The notes: a model not told the origin generated them from the letters alone. DNA of 47,002 bases from Achromatium sp. WMS2 (GCA_001276605.1 JXSN01000001.1:1-47002); one strand, 5' to 3'; counted from the stretch's first letter, positions 10,943-20,574 are shown. A program made the numbers and translations.

Positions 10943-13564
10943 TTACTTAGGATCCTTAACGGTTGTATCCGCAGGCACAGAATCTTCCTGGGATTTTGGC
11001 ACCGCATTATTCTCTGGTTTAGAAGCTGTCGATACCGATGGTTGAATTACAGGGGCTTGATTTTGCTGTATTTGGACCTGAGTTGGCTGCATTTCCAGTT
11101 GTTGCTGACTTGGATTGGGTGACACAGGCTCCGGATCCGGCGGCGTTGTAGTTTGATCCGGTTGCGGTTCAGGAGCCTGAACTTTAGTCAGGGCCGACTT
11201 TAGGTCTGATTGCGTTAATTTAGCATTAAAATAATCAATAAACAATTCAGCTTGGTGCTTGTGAGTAGGCTCCAAGTTGGTCAATATGGTACGCTGTGTA
11301 GACCAAAAGTCCCAAACGGCGGTACTTTCTGCTGGCCCTTGTTCTATAGCTTGCCATAGTTGCACATATTCTTGTTGTTGAGGATTAGCCAACCAAGAGT
11401 AAAAGCGCACTATGGAGTATTCTTCGGCACCAGGTTGAACCAGGGTCAAGGCCTTGGTCAGGCGGGTATGAAACCGGGTCAGGTCTTTTTGAATTAAAGC
11501 TAATTCTAGGTCATTAACAACTAAGTCTAGATTGTCCGGATCTTTTTGGAGACCAATGACGTGAATGGTTTGGGCTTGAGTTAAATCGCCTGACCACCAC
11601 CAACCAGTTGCTAGTTTAGCCAGTTGTGAAGAATCTAGCTCGTCTTGTTTCGCAGTAACTTGTGTTAATTGGGTACGGGCCTCTTCTGGTATAATTTGAT
11701 CCCGGTGATCCAGAGCTAGTTTTACGCCCAGGTTGAGTTGACCCAAGATGTTATCTTGTGCCGCGGCTTTGCGGTACCAGGATATGGCTTGTTTGGAATC
11801 GGCGGTTACACCTAGGCCGTATTCGTACAACATGCCTATGAAGTTCTGGGCTGTAGCACTGTCTTGATCGGCAGCTAATTGGTACCAGTGCATGGCTTGT
11901 GCGTAATTTTGTTCTACGCCCTGACCATTTTGATATAGGGTGCCAATTAGGGTCTGGGCGAGGGTGCTGCCCTCATTAGCGGCTTGTCGGTACCAATTCA
12001 TGGCGGCGGCGTAATCTTGGGTAACACCTAGGCCTTTGTGATATAAAAGTCCAAGGTTTACTTGAGCATTGGTATGGCCTTGGTCGGCGGCCTTTTGATA
12101 CCATTTGCGGGCCTTGTTGTAGTTTTGCGAGATACCATAACCATTTTCATAGAGGAAGCCGATGTTAAACTGGGCTTGTTTATTATTTTTCGCAGCAGAC
12201 TTGCGGAACCAATGCATGGCCTTTTGGTAATCTTGGTCAACTCCGGAACCTTCTTGATAGAGTTCACCAATCTTGAGTAGTGCCACTGGGTCGTCTTGTT
12301 TGGCTGCCTTTTGGTACCATTCCATAGCCTTATTGTAGTCCTTTGACACACCTAGACCGGTTTGGTAAAGGAGCCCGACGTTTCTTTGAGAGTCAGCATC
12401 ACCATTTAGCGCCGCCTTGTGGTACCAATTGAAGGCCTGCGTATAGTCTTGGTCGACACCAAAGCCGTTGAGGTATAGCTGACCTATATTGAATTGCGCA
12501 GATGGGTAATCTTGGGCAGCCGCTTTTTGATACCAGAGCATAGCCTGTGGATAGTCTTGAGGGACGCCTTTCCCATGTTGATATAGGGTACCGATGGCAT
12601 TTTGGGCTGCTGCTTGATTTTGGCTGGCGGCTTTTTGGAGCCAACGCATGGCCTCGGTGTAATCTTCAGCGACGGCATAGCCGTTGTAATACATGGCGCC
12701 AATTAGGTATTGGGCATCAGCGTTATTGGCTGCGGCTGCTTGGCTGTACCAATATAGGGCGGCTTTGGGATCGGGATATACACTCCAGCCTTTAACAAAT
12801 ATTTTGCCTAAATTATACAGCAGGTTACTGTCGTTACTAAAGGCCTCAATGATGCGATTCTGGAGTCGGCGTTGATCATGGGTATTAGCGCGTTGCCAAA
12901 CTCTAGCTATTACCCGGCCTAGCTCTATTTCCAGTCCCATACCATAGTCATTCAAAAAGGCATTAAGTTTGGCGTCCTTGGCAGACAATGGGCTCCGATT
13001 TACTAGTGCGGATATGGCGGTTTCTGCGGCTGAATCTGGATCATTTAGGACTAATTGGGCATTAGCAAGCTCGCTTTGGTAGGCTAATTTTAGGGCATGG
13101 TCACTGGAGCTATTTACGGCGGCTTGGAAATATTGCAGAGCCGTTTGTGCACTTTTATTGCTTATTACTACAGTGTCATCCAGAGTTTCGGGGAGTTGTT
13201 TGCTTTTAGCTAGATACACGCGCCCCAGTAAAGCCATGAAGCGAGCGGCTTCTCGAACTTCCGTGGGAATTGGTTCGATAAGGGCTATAGCTTGGGCATA
13301 GTGCTCCAGTTTGAAGTGTGATGAAGCTAAAAAGTAGAGTATGTCTTCGCCAGAAGTGGATAGATCTGGATTAGCCGCATGCAGGGCTTCAAGTTCGGTT
13401 AGGGCTTGTGCGTATTTTCCATCTTTATAGTGTTGGATAGCTAGATCAATAGGAACTACCGGGGATTCAGCTATTACTGGTTGTAACCAGCCTATGGTTA
13501 TGGTAACCAGGGCTATGCATAAGTATCCAGATATCCTATGCCGAAGGTGGGTGTAGTTGTTCAT
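10943..13564 (-). CDS. Secreted Sel1-like repeat (SLR/TPR) protein with a Pro/Gln-rich C-terminal tail
   Basis: 873 aa with an N-terminal signal-like segment (LCIALVTITIGWLQPVIA). About 10 consecutive 36-aa units fit AQ..LG.LY..G.GV.QDY..A..WY.KAA. The last 90 aa or so are P/Q/T-rich. Confidence 0.85.
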   Translation of the reverse strand: MNNYTHLRHRISGYLCIALVTITIGWLQPVIAESPVVPIDLAIQHYKDGKYAQALTELEALHAANPDLSTSGEDILYFLASSHFKLEHYAQAIALIEPIPTEVREAARFMALLGRVYLAKSKQLPETLDDTVVISNKSAQTALQYFQAAVNSSSDHALKLAYQSELANAQLVLNDPDSAAETAISALVNRSPLSAKDAKLNAFLNDYGMGLEIELGRVIARVWQRANTHDQRRLQNRIIEAFSNDSNLLYNLGKIFVKGWSVYPDPKAALYWYSQAAAANNADAQYLIGAMYYNGYAVAEDYTEAMRWLQKAASQNQAAAQNAIGTLYQHGKGVPQDYPQAMLWYQKAAAQDYPSAQFNIGQLYLNGFGVDQDYTQAFNWYHKAALNGDADSQRNVGLLYQTGLGVSKDYNKAMEWYQKAAKQDDPVALLKIGELYQEGSGVDQDYQKAMHWFRKSAAKNNKQAQFNIGFLYENGYGISQNYNKARKWYQKAADQGHTNAQVNLGLLYHKGLGVTQDYAAAMNWYRQAANEGSTLAQTLIGTLYQNGQGVEQNYAQAMHWYQLAADQDSATAQNFIGMLYEYGLGVTADSKQAISWYRKAAAQDNILGQLNLGVKLALDHRDQIIPEEARTQLTQVTAKQDELDSSQLAKLATGWWWSGDLTQAQTIHVIGLQKDPDNLDLVVNDLELALIQKDLTRFHTRLTKALTLVQPGAEEYSIVRFYSWLANPQQQEYVQLWQAIEQGPAESTAVWDFWSTQRTILTNLEPTHKHQAELFIDYFNAKLTQSDLKSALTKVQAPEPQPDQTTTPPDPEPVSPNPSQQQLEMQPTQVQIQQNQAPVIQPSVSTASKPENNAVPKSQEDSVPADTTVKDPK

Positions 13565-13853
13565 AGGTAACTAAATTACTCCTCGGGTATGGCCTGATAT
13601 GGTATTGCGGTATGAGAATATAAAATTGTCAGTTCACATATCATATTGAGGCAAAAGTAAAAGGTTTGGGCAGCAACCAATAGCCTAGGTTTTACTGCCA
13701 GTGTGGTTTACTCAAATTACATTAGATTGATTACTCTAAATGAGTTATGTATCGAGTTTAGCAATAGCATGCTTTTAGTATATTAGCATGAATTTTGAGT
13801 TTTATCTTTAGGATATGAGGGTAATAATTCTCAAAAAGCTGTTTGGGACCGAA

Positions 13854-15986
13854 TCATGGATTGGTTAGCCTGGTTATGTGGAAGCTGATATGGTCGGAAT
13901 GACCTTTGGCATCCAGTACTGCTAGGTTCACAGCACCGTCGATATTCGGGGTCCACAGTAGGGTTTGGTTTTGGAGTTGAGCCGCGGTAGGGCGACCGTT
14001 TACCAACAGATACAGTGGCTCTTGTCCACCTGCAACCTCTATGTGGATAGGTGTATTGGCATTGGATGCTAGTTCTAACGTTGAACCAGGGGTGGGGTAG
14101 AGGATTTTAGGACCACGGCTTGAGGGCAGGTGTTTAAATTTTGGGATTATTGGAATTTCGAAATGGCGTAATTTTACTGGTAATTCAGTATTTTGCACTT
14201 GCAATACGTTGGGTGGTATTGGAATTAAGAGTGGATGTAATTGTATTGGTTGCAATAGGGCAAAGATTTCTAGCAATATAGGAACGGCAGAGTGCAATCC
14301 AGAGAGGTTGGTGGTGTAACCATTATCAGGACGTCCTAACCATACTGCTACTGTGTGATTGGCGTCGTAACCCATAGCCCAGGCGTCGCGAAAACCGTAT
14401 GAAGTACCGGTTTTAAAGGCTAGGCGGCGGTTATTGGCAGTAAAACCAGTGGGAGGTTGCGCATCTGCCAATATATCTGTTACGTACCAAGTTGCAGTTG
14501 CGGATAACACATTAATATGGGTTAGGGTTTCTGGTGTAATATTGGTATTAGATTGTAAAAATTGCAGTTCTCGCATTGTACCGGCGTTGGCAAGGCTGGC
14601 GTACAGTCGGACTAGATCCTCCATTCTAATCCCAACTCCGCCTAGGGCTATAGCTAGATTAGGGCGGGTGCGATTTAATGGTAAATGCAGTTTAGTTCCG
14701 GCTGCGTTGAGTCTGGATACCAAGTAATTGGAACCTAGACGATTAAGAATTTTAATCGCTGGAATGTTGCGGGAGGTCCACAGGGCCTCGCGCACGCGAA
14801 TTTCACCATGATAACGGTGGTCGAAATTGCCAGGTGCATAGTTGCGCACCGGACCAGGGCGGTCAAAAATTAGGGTTTCAGGGTGGATAAGATCACGGTC
14901 AAAGGCTAGGCCATAGATAAAGGGTTTGATGGTTGATCCTGGTGAGCGTATGGCACGCGCCATATTGATTTGTCCAGGATAGGTTTTAGAGAGAAAGTTG
15001 CTGGAACCTATGTAAGTTTGCACTTGCCAAGTGTGATTATCCAATATAATAGCTGCCAAAGTAACGCCTGGAGTTTGTTGGTGTTGGCGGTGTCTCAGGA
15101 TAGTTTCTACCTTGCGCTGTAGAACCAGGTCTATGGTAGTTGCAATCCGCTGAGCATTGGGGTTAATGTGGCGTAATCTATCACTTAAATGGGGTGCTAA
15201 CCTTGGAGTAGGGATCCGATGGCTGGGGATGGGAATAGCTAGAGTGCGGGTCGCATCTTGGGGGCTAATTGCGCCTGAGGTCATCAGGCGTTGTAACACT
15301 TTGGCGCGTCCTGAGATGGCGTATTTGTGGATACGGTCAGGCCGTCGTGATTCCGGGGCTTGGGGAATGGCAATGAGAAGTGCTATTTCGGCTAGGGTTA
15401 GGAATTTGGGATCCTTGTCGAAATAAAATAAGCTTGCGGCACGTATCCCTTGAATGTTACCGCCATACGGGGCTAGAGTGAGGTATAGGGCTAGGATTTG
15501 TTGCTTAGATAGAGCGGTTTCCAGGCGGATTGCATTGTATATTTCTATGAGTTTCGAACTAATAGTGCGGGGACGCGGTTGTAGCAGGCGCACTGTTTGC
15601 ATAGTTATAGTAGAGGCGCCAGATACCAACCGGCCCGTGGTAAGAACTTGTCCAATAGCCCTAAATATCGCTGTTATGTCGACACCTATGTGTTGGTAAA
15701 AATTTTTATCTTCGTAGCTAAGTAGTAATTCTATAAAGTGTGGATCTAGATCCTCTAGTCGAGCTGGTAGACGCCAGTAGCCGTCCTTGGTCGTGTATAA
15801 ACGCAATAATTTACCTGATTTATCTAGTATTTCTACCGAATAGTCCAGATTAGTTGCTGGGAGTGGTAGCCACCAGTTGGCCATTAGTACGAGTATAAAA
15901 ATAATTGGGGTAGCATAAAAAATTACTCGTCTTAAGTGTCTAAATTTTACAAATAAAATCCTAATAGTTTGATTTTTAAGGAACAT
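13854..15986 (-). CDS. pbpC: Penicillin-binding protein 1C (bifunctional glycosyltransferase/transpeptidase)
   Basis: 710 aa with an N-terminal TM anchor, the GT51 motifs EDKNFYQHIGVD and RLETALSK, the transpeptidase motif SPGSTIKP (SxxK), and a C-terminal PBP1C-type extension. Confidence 0.85.
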   Translation of the reverse strand: MFLKNQTIRILFVKFRHLRRVIFYATPIIFILVLMANWWLPLPATNLDYSVEILDKSGKLLRLYTTKDGYWRLPARLEDLDPHFIELLLSYEDKNFYQHIGVDITAIFRAIGQVLTTGRLVSGASTITMQTVRLLQPRPRTISSKLIEIYNAIRLETALSKQQILALYLTLAPYGGNIQGIRAASLFYFDKDPKFLTLAEIALLIAIPQAPESRRPDRIHKYAISGRAKVLQRLMTSGAISPQDATRTLAIPIPSHRIPTPRLAPHLSDRLRHINPNAQRIATTIDLVLQRKVETILRHRQHQQTPGVTLAAIILDNHTWQVQTYIGSSNFLSKTYPGQINMARAIRSPGSTIKPFIYGLAFDRDLIHPETLIFDRPGPVRNYAPGNFDHRYHGEIRVREALWTSRNIPAIKILNRLGSNYLVSRLNAAGTKLHLPLNRTRPNLAIALGGVGIRMEDLVRLYASLANAGTMRELQFLQSNTNITPETLTHINVLSATATWYVTDILADAQPPTGFTANNRRLAFKTGTSYGFRDAWAMGYDANHTVAVWLGRPDNGYTTNLSGLHSAVPILLEIFALLQPIQLHPLLIPIPPNVLQVQNTELPVKLRHFEIPIIPKFKHLPSSRGPKILYPTPGSTLELASNANTPIHIEVAGGQEPLYLLVNGRPTAAQLQNQTLLWTPNIDGAVNLAVLDAKGHSDHISFHITRLTNP

Positions 15987-16119
15987 TAATATTAGTTTTT
16001 AATTTTTTAGATTTATAACGAATTTACGAAAATATTGCTGTAGATCAATTTATTTATCGGTGAATGATGTAATAATGTTAACAATAGCTTAACAAATATT
16101 GTTAAAGGAGTTTATTAAT

Positions 16120-16653
16120 ATGCAGAGGAGAAGTTTTATTTTTGGTGCTTTGGCAACGGCTGCGGTATCAGTACCAAAAGTTTCCACCGCGACAGTCAGT
16201 TTTTTTGCGCCCACTAAGCTGTGTTTGTATCATACTCATACTAACGAGTTCATCGAGGTCGAGTATTCTAAGTGGGGCGGCCTCCTTGATTCTTCCTTAA
16301 ATAGATTAAACTATTTCCTTAGGGATTATCGCACGGATCAGACTAAACCTATGGATCCACAGCTGTTTGACATCCTGTATGAGCTGCAAAAGTATAGCCA
16401 TAATGATCGTGGAGTATTCGAAATTGTCAGTGCCTACAGATCCCCAGAAACCAATTCGATGCTGCGCAGGCACAGTAAGGGCGTGGCCCGTCAAAGCTTG
16501 CATCAGTACGGCCAGGCTTTGGACATTCGGTTGCGTGGTACTTCCATATCTCAGGTCCACAGGTTGGCCATGGATATCCAGGCCGGCGGGGTTGGATATT
16601 ATCCACGTGCTAATTTCGTGCATGTTGATACTGGAAGTGTTCGTAACTGGTAA
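16120..16653 (+). CDS. YcbK/MepK-like peptidase M15A (DUF882) with twin-arginine signal
   Basis: AAGGAG at 16105-16110 sits 9 nt before the ATG at 16120. The N-terminus MQRRSFIFGALATAA is Tat-like. Zinc-ligand-type motifs HQYGQALD and FVHVD are present. 177 aa, similar in size to E. coli MepK. Confidence 0.8.
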   Translation: MQRRSFIFGALATAAVSVPKVSTATVSFFAPTKLCLYHTHTNEFIEVEYSKWGGLLDSSLNRLNYFLRDYRTDQTKPMDPQLFDILYELQKYSHNDRGVFEIVSAYRSPETNSMLRRHSKGVARQSLHQYGQALDIRLRGTSISQVHRLAMDIQAGGVGYYPRANFVHVDTGSVRNW

Positions 16654-16703
16654 CCACTGGGTTTACCTAAAGATTTTAGTCTTTAGATAGATTCTAGCAG
16701 TGT

Positions 16704-16754
16704 GGTTCGATACCCGGCAACCATTCTAATAGCATGGTTTGAGAGTATCGAACC
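16704..16754. terminator. Long imperfect hairpin between convergent genes (REP-family hairpin, likely bidirectional terminator)
   Basis: Outer 10-bp stem ggttcgatac/gtatcgaacc, inner 6-bp stem aaccat/atggtt, and apical loop tctaatagc, which resembles the tctaatac loop of the 10711-10885 elements. Confidence 0.5.
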
Positions 16755-16763
16755 GGTAGTCAT

Positions 16764-18674
16764 TTATTGAGCAGGTGCATTATCAGCTACTGGCTGGACT
16801 TCTACGTCTACAACCGGTTTGTTTTTAGCAGCCTGTTCTAGGGCATTACCTAGTGGTTTGTCGTAGCCATATATGTCAGGATAGTATGCTAGGCGTCCGT
16901 TTGGTTGTAGGACAGTAGTTTCGTAGTTCAGGTAGATGGGAACCGATTTGGCTAAAGGGGTAAATTGATGCGTTTTCTTGGCAATAACTGAGTTAACTTT
17001 GCTCTGATCCCAGCCTTCTTGACCATTTAACAGGTGCGTTGCTAACCGCGCTGGATTCTGTAGTCTGATACAACCATGGCTCAGGGCACGGTTGGCTCTC
17101 GCGAATAACCCTTTGCTTTGGGTGCCATGTAGGTATACTGCAAATTTATTGGGAAAAATAAATTTAGCCTCACCCAGTACGTTACGACCGCCCGGTTTTT
17201 GCCGCAAGCGCAGGGTGCCATTCCATAATCCAGCCAACGCACCACTATTTACTGGTACACGCGTGCCGTCGCTTCTTACAACTTCATAGTTGCGAGAGGC
17301 AACATATCCTGGATTAGACTTTATTATTTTGTACATTTCACGGCGTAGAATAGAAGTTGGTACATTCCAGTATGGGGTAAATTCTATAGTTTTTAACCGG
17401 CTATGTACCAATGGAGTGCGATAGCGAGAACCGGTTTTGCCCACGATAACGTTCATTTCTAATGCGGTGCGATACCAACCACTGTCATCGCGTTCCAGGG
17501 CATAAAGTCTAAATGCTGGAATATTTATCATAATTGCTTGATCACCTAGATCATCAGGCATCCAGCGCCAGCGTTCTAAGGCAATTAAAAGGCGTTGCAG
17601 GGTTTTACCTGTGGCTTTTTGCCTAGCATTTTTGGCCTGAGGATTGTTGATGTTGGCCATGGTATTGGGACCAATGACTCCATCTACGGATAAGCCACGC
17701 CGTTGTTGCAGCTTTTTAACGCCAGTAACCAAGGCATCGGTGTATGTATTGTTTAGGGTACCGGTATCAAAATCTTTAGGCAAATCCCCCAAAGTCTTTA
17801 AATATTCAGCTAGCTGTGCTGCTTGATCGTAAGGTTCCCCAGGGCGCACTACCCGGCGGGTTAGCGTGAATGGAGTAGGAGGCTTGGGATCAGTTGGTGT
17901 TTGCTTGGGACTTATTTGATCTAAAATATGTCTATATGGTCTAGACTTGGGCTCCAAAGCATCCAGATCAGCGGCTATGTTCTGGGAATTAGACAGCTGT
18001 AGTACGAAGGTAGCTAAGTCTAGTTGTTTGGCAGAAAAATCTAGTACGAATCCCAAGGTGCGGGGATCAACTTGTCCAACTCGCATATCCGATATGTAGC
18101 GCATAACAGTAGTGCTCAACGCCAAATCACGGCACACTCGCTGGGGACCGGGGGTAGACGTTTGCAGTAGGTTAATCCAATCTACTCCTACATAAGCTGC
18201 TGGGGTCAAGGCTTTGGTATCAGCTTGAGCTAGATATTTAAGTAACGCCGTGGCTTGGGGGGTTACAGTGCTATTTTTTAGCCACAACGGGGTACTATTC
18301 ATAAGCTCATACATGCGGACCACAGCTCCCTTGGTGGGGGCAGGGGGCGTATTAGTCTCAGTTCCGGTAGTGGCGGCGGCAGCGGCAGCGGCTGGAGGCT
18401 TGTCAGCTCGTAATTTCACGGTAGCCAGCTTTTTGCACTCAGCAGGCAAGATAGCCGTTGGATCCGGCGGCGGCTCTGGTGTTTTATCCGCTGTAGCATC
18501 GGGCGTGGTGGTTTCGCTCTCCACCATATCTTCGGCAGCCGTACCTTCGATCGCGTTGGTGACAGGGGGGGCACTCCAAGCACTGCCTGTCATTAGTATT
18601 AATAACCAAAATATCAGATTGATTGATGGTTTACGGATGATACGCAATATCAAATTGGCATTCATGGTAATCAT
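16764..18674 (-). CDS. ldtD: YcbB/LdtD-like L,D-transpeptidase (PG-binding + YkuD domains)
   Basis: 636 aa with a signal peptide, a low-complexity P/A/T-rich insert, a PG-binding-like segment (LQQRRGLSVDGVIGPNT) and the YkuD catalytic motif HGTQ...SHGCIRL. Confidence 0.85.
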   Translation of the reverse strand: MITMNANLILRIIRKPSINLIFWLLILMTGSAWSAPPVTNAIEGTAAEDMVESETTTPDATADKTPEPPPDPTAILPAECKKLATVKLRADKPPAAAAAAATTGTETNTPPAPTKGAVVRMYELMNSTPLWLKNSTVTPQATALLKYLAQADTKALTPAAYVGVDWINLLQTSTPGPQRVCRDLALSTTVMRYISDMRVGQVDPRTLGFVLDFSAKQLDLATFVLQLSNSQNIAADLDALEPKSRPYRHILDQISPKQTPTDPKPPTPFTLTRRVVRPGEPYDQAAQLAEYLKTLGDLPKDFDTGTLNNTYTDALVTGVKKLQQRRGLSVDGVIGPNTMANINNPQAKNARQKATGKTLQRLLIALERWRWMPDDLGDQAIMINIPAFRLYALERDDSGWYRTALEMNVIVGKTGSRYRTPLVHSRLKTIEFTPYWNVPTSILRREMYKIIKSNPGYVASRNYEVVRSDGTRVPVNSGALAGLWNGTLRLRQKPGGRNVLGEAKFIFPNKFAVYLHGTQSKGLFARANRALSHGCIRLQNPARLATHLLNGQEGWDQSKVNSVIAKKTHQFTPLAKSVPIYLNYETTVLQPNGRLAYYPDIYGYDKPLGNALEQAAKNKPVVDVEVQPVADNAPAQ

Positions 18675-18713
18675 AGGTAAAATTGTATTATGCTAGAAAT
18701 AATTAATTTATTG

Positions 18714-19028
18714 TTATGAATTTTCGATGTTTAGATCCGGATCCCATCCTGCACTGCGGGCCGCGGCTATGGCTTGAGTATAGATGCGCTGATGACGTTC
18801 TCGCAGTACCGGCGGTAGATTGGACACTAGGTGGCCATAGGGCTCCCAAGCGGCGCTAACCTTGTCGTACAGGCTTTCGAGCCCCTGGGTAGTCCAGCCG
18901 GTGCAGTCTTCGCTTTCGTCAAGAAGACCAAATACCCAAGCATCGCGAATGATGTTGCCAGTAGGTCCCATTCCGGCGTAGGGAGCTACCTTAAGTCCAG
19001 TGTAAATTTTGGTTTTAGACATTGTCAT
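18714..19028 (-). CDS. Hypothetical protein (about 104 aa)
   Basis: The ORF opens at GTG 19151, but ATG codons at 19028 and 19022 (MTMSKTKIY...) are more plausible starts. No recognisable motif. It ends 39 nt upstream of the ldtD-like gene on the same strand. Confidence 0.45.
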   Translation of the reverse strand: MTMSKTKIYTGLKVAPYAGMGPTGNIIRDAWVFGLLDESEDCTGWTTQGLESLYDKVSAAWEPYGHLVSNLPPVLRERHQRIYTQAIAAARSAGWDPDLNIENS

Positions 19029-19160
19029 GTAACCGTCATTATAGTGAATACTTATGTGATATGTAAATTGTGGAGCGTATTTATTTGGAGATTTTTTTTG
19101 ATAACTAGCACTTTTTGGGATTATTTGTGAATTGTAGCCGTGTAGCCGCACGATAGCGGC

Positions 19161-20117
19161 CTACTTGCGACCTCGGGGATTTTTAAGCAGCCTTAATTCC
19201 TCATTGTCTATATTGTTGTTATATCGAGAGTCAGTCACCAATCTCAGCCGTGCCCGCACGCTCCTGCGCATGGCTGTATGGTACCCTACTGTGGCCGCAA
19301 ACAACGTAAGTAAATTTACAAAGTGCCGGTTTTTTCCCAATTTTGGATCAGATAGTTTAAGCTTGGCATTGTAGCCTAGGCTAATCAGGTGGCCGTCGAT
19401 ATCACCTATTTTAACACCATCGGCCTTGACTATAAAGTCTGCACTTATTGAGGTCCATTTGCGCTCTATGGTCACATAACGCGGCTGCTTCTCGGTCTCA
19501 TCAAAAAACATACAACTATACACTGCCGGCGGGCGTAAGGTCCGATGCATCTGGTTAATTGTGAGCACATATTCATAATCAGCTAGGATAACTGCAAAGG
19601 ATAACAACGCCCGCTTGGACCCCATGGAATGTTGAATTTCCCTAGAGATTATTTGTTCTATGGTACCCAGCCAGCGAATGCGCTCAGTACTAGCTTTAAA
19701 CAACTTGAGTACCAGCCGGCGCTTGGCTAGACTAGCGCTATTGGAGTCTAAATTGGGTATAGAGGATAAATCTGTGGTGGCACCAGTAGCTGCGGCAGTT
19801 TGGTGTTGCTCTAGCCTAGTTCGCAATTGGCTAGCCTGATCCTTGGGGAGCAACCTTAGCAATTTTTTCAGCTCCTTAGGATCCGGATTCCAGGTATCAG
19901 CTCGAATTCCTACAGAGTAGGATTTTTCCCAATTCCCAGTTTGGTCCTCAGGTGCTGATACCACTCCGCATACGTCCATATTGGTGCCAAATTGCCTATC
20001 ATCCGCTGTTTTGAGGCGTTGTAGTAAATCAATGTTAGTTGGATGTACGTTGCTAAAAGCCCACATATCCACATAACGTTCGGCAACAGGTGGAAGAGTC
20101 TTTGCGGTTTTGAGCAT
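19161..20117 (-). CDS. Hypothetical protein (318 aa)
   Basis: Long ORF with no family recognised. It has an Ala/Thr/Ser-rich linker near aa 108-135. The C-terminal strand-rich region followed by a hydrophobic helix (FVNLLTLFAATVGY) is only faintly reminiscent of tubby/LOR-like folds. Confidence 0.55.
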   Translation of the reverse strand: MLKTAKTLPPVAERYVDMWAFSNVHPTNIDLLQRLKTADDRQFGTNMDVCGVVSAPEDQTGNWEKSYSVGIRADTWNPDPKELKKLLRLLPKDQASQLRTRLEQHQTAAATGATTDLSSIPNLDSNSASLAKRRLVLKLFKASTERIRWLGTIEQIISREIQHSMGSKRALLSFAVILADYEYVLTINQMHRTLRPPAVYSCMFFDETEKQPRYVTIERKWTSISADFIVKADGVKIGDIDGHLISLGYNAKLKLSDPKLGKNRHFVNLLTLFAATVGYHTAMRRSVRARLRLVTDSRYNNNIDNEELRLLKNPRGRK

Positions 20118-20175
20118 TCTAAGTAACCAATATTATGTTAAAGATTAGCGAGATTTAGTTTGTTAATACGCCAAC

Positions 20176-20574
20176 TTAGGGTGCTCCAGTCGGTAAACTG
20201 TGCATTGCAGCTTGCAGGCGTGCTTTAACTTGGGTTGCTATGGGGGGAATCTGAGGATTATCTACTAATTTTAGTACGGCCTCCGGATCCATGAAACTCA
20301 CCTGTACTAGGCCCTCACCTATGGATCTCACCACCACATTGCACGGCAATAGTAGACCAATTTCTGGTTCCACGGCTAAGGATTGATTCGCAAAGGTAGG
20401 ATTACAGGCCCCCAGTATGGTATAAGCCGGTATATCAATATCCAATCTAGTCTTGAATGTTGCTTGTACGTCGATGTGGCTTAAAATACCAAATCCTTGT
20501 TGTTTTAAAGCCCCTGTCACCAAAGCAAGAGCTTGGTTATAATCTGATTTAATCGTAGTTGCAAAGCCGTACAT
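20176..20574 (-). CDS. DUF302-family protein
   Basis: 132 aa. The pattern FGILSHIDVQATF...YTILGACNP....LLPCNVVV is typical of DUF302. Confidence 0.7.
   Translation of the reverse strand: MYGFATTIKSDYNQALALVTGALKQQGFGILSHIDVQATFKTRLDIDIPAYTILGACNPTFANQSLAVEPEIGLLLPCNVVVRSIGEGLVQVSFMDPEAVLKLVDNPQIPPIATQVKARLQAAMHSLPTGAP

Noticed and set aside
12058-12875. Cluster of 60-97-aa ORFs on both strands inside the Sel1-repeat gene
   Set aside because: These are shadow ORFs generated by the 108-nt periodic repeat, and all lie inside a well-supported 873-aa CDS.
16701-16727. tRNA T-arm-like string gtggttcgatacccgg
   Set aside because: The flanking bases do not form a T-stem, there is no acceptor stem or CCA context, and the string is one arm of a 10-bp palindrome (16704-16713 / 16745-16754).
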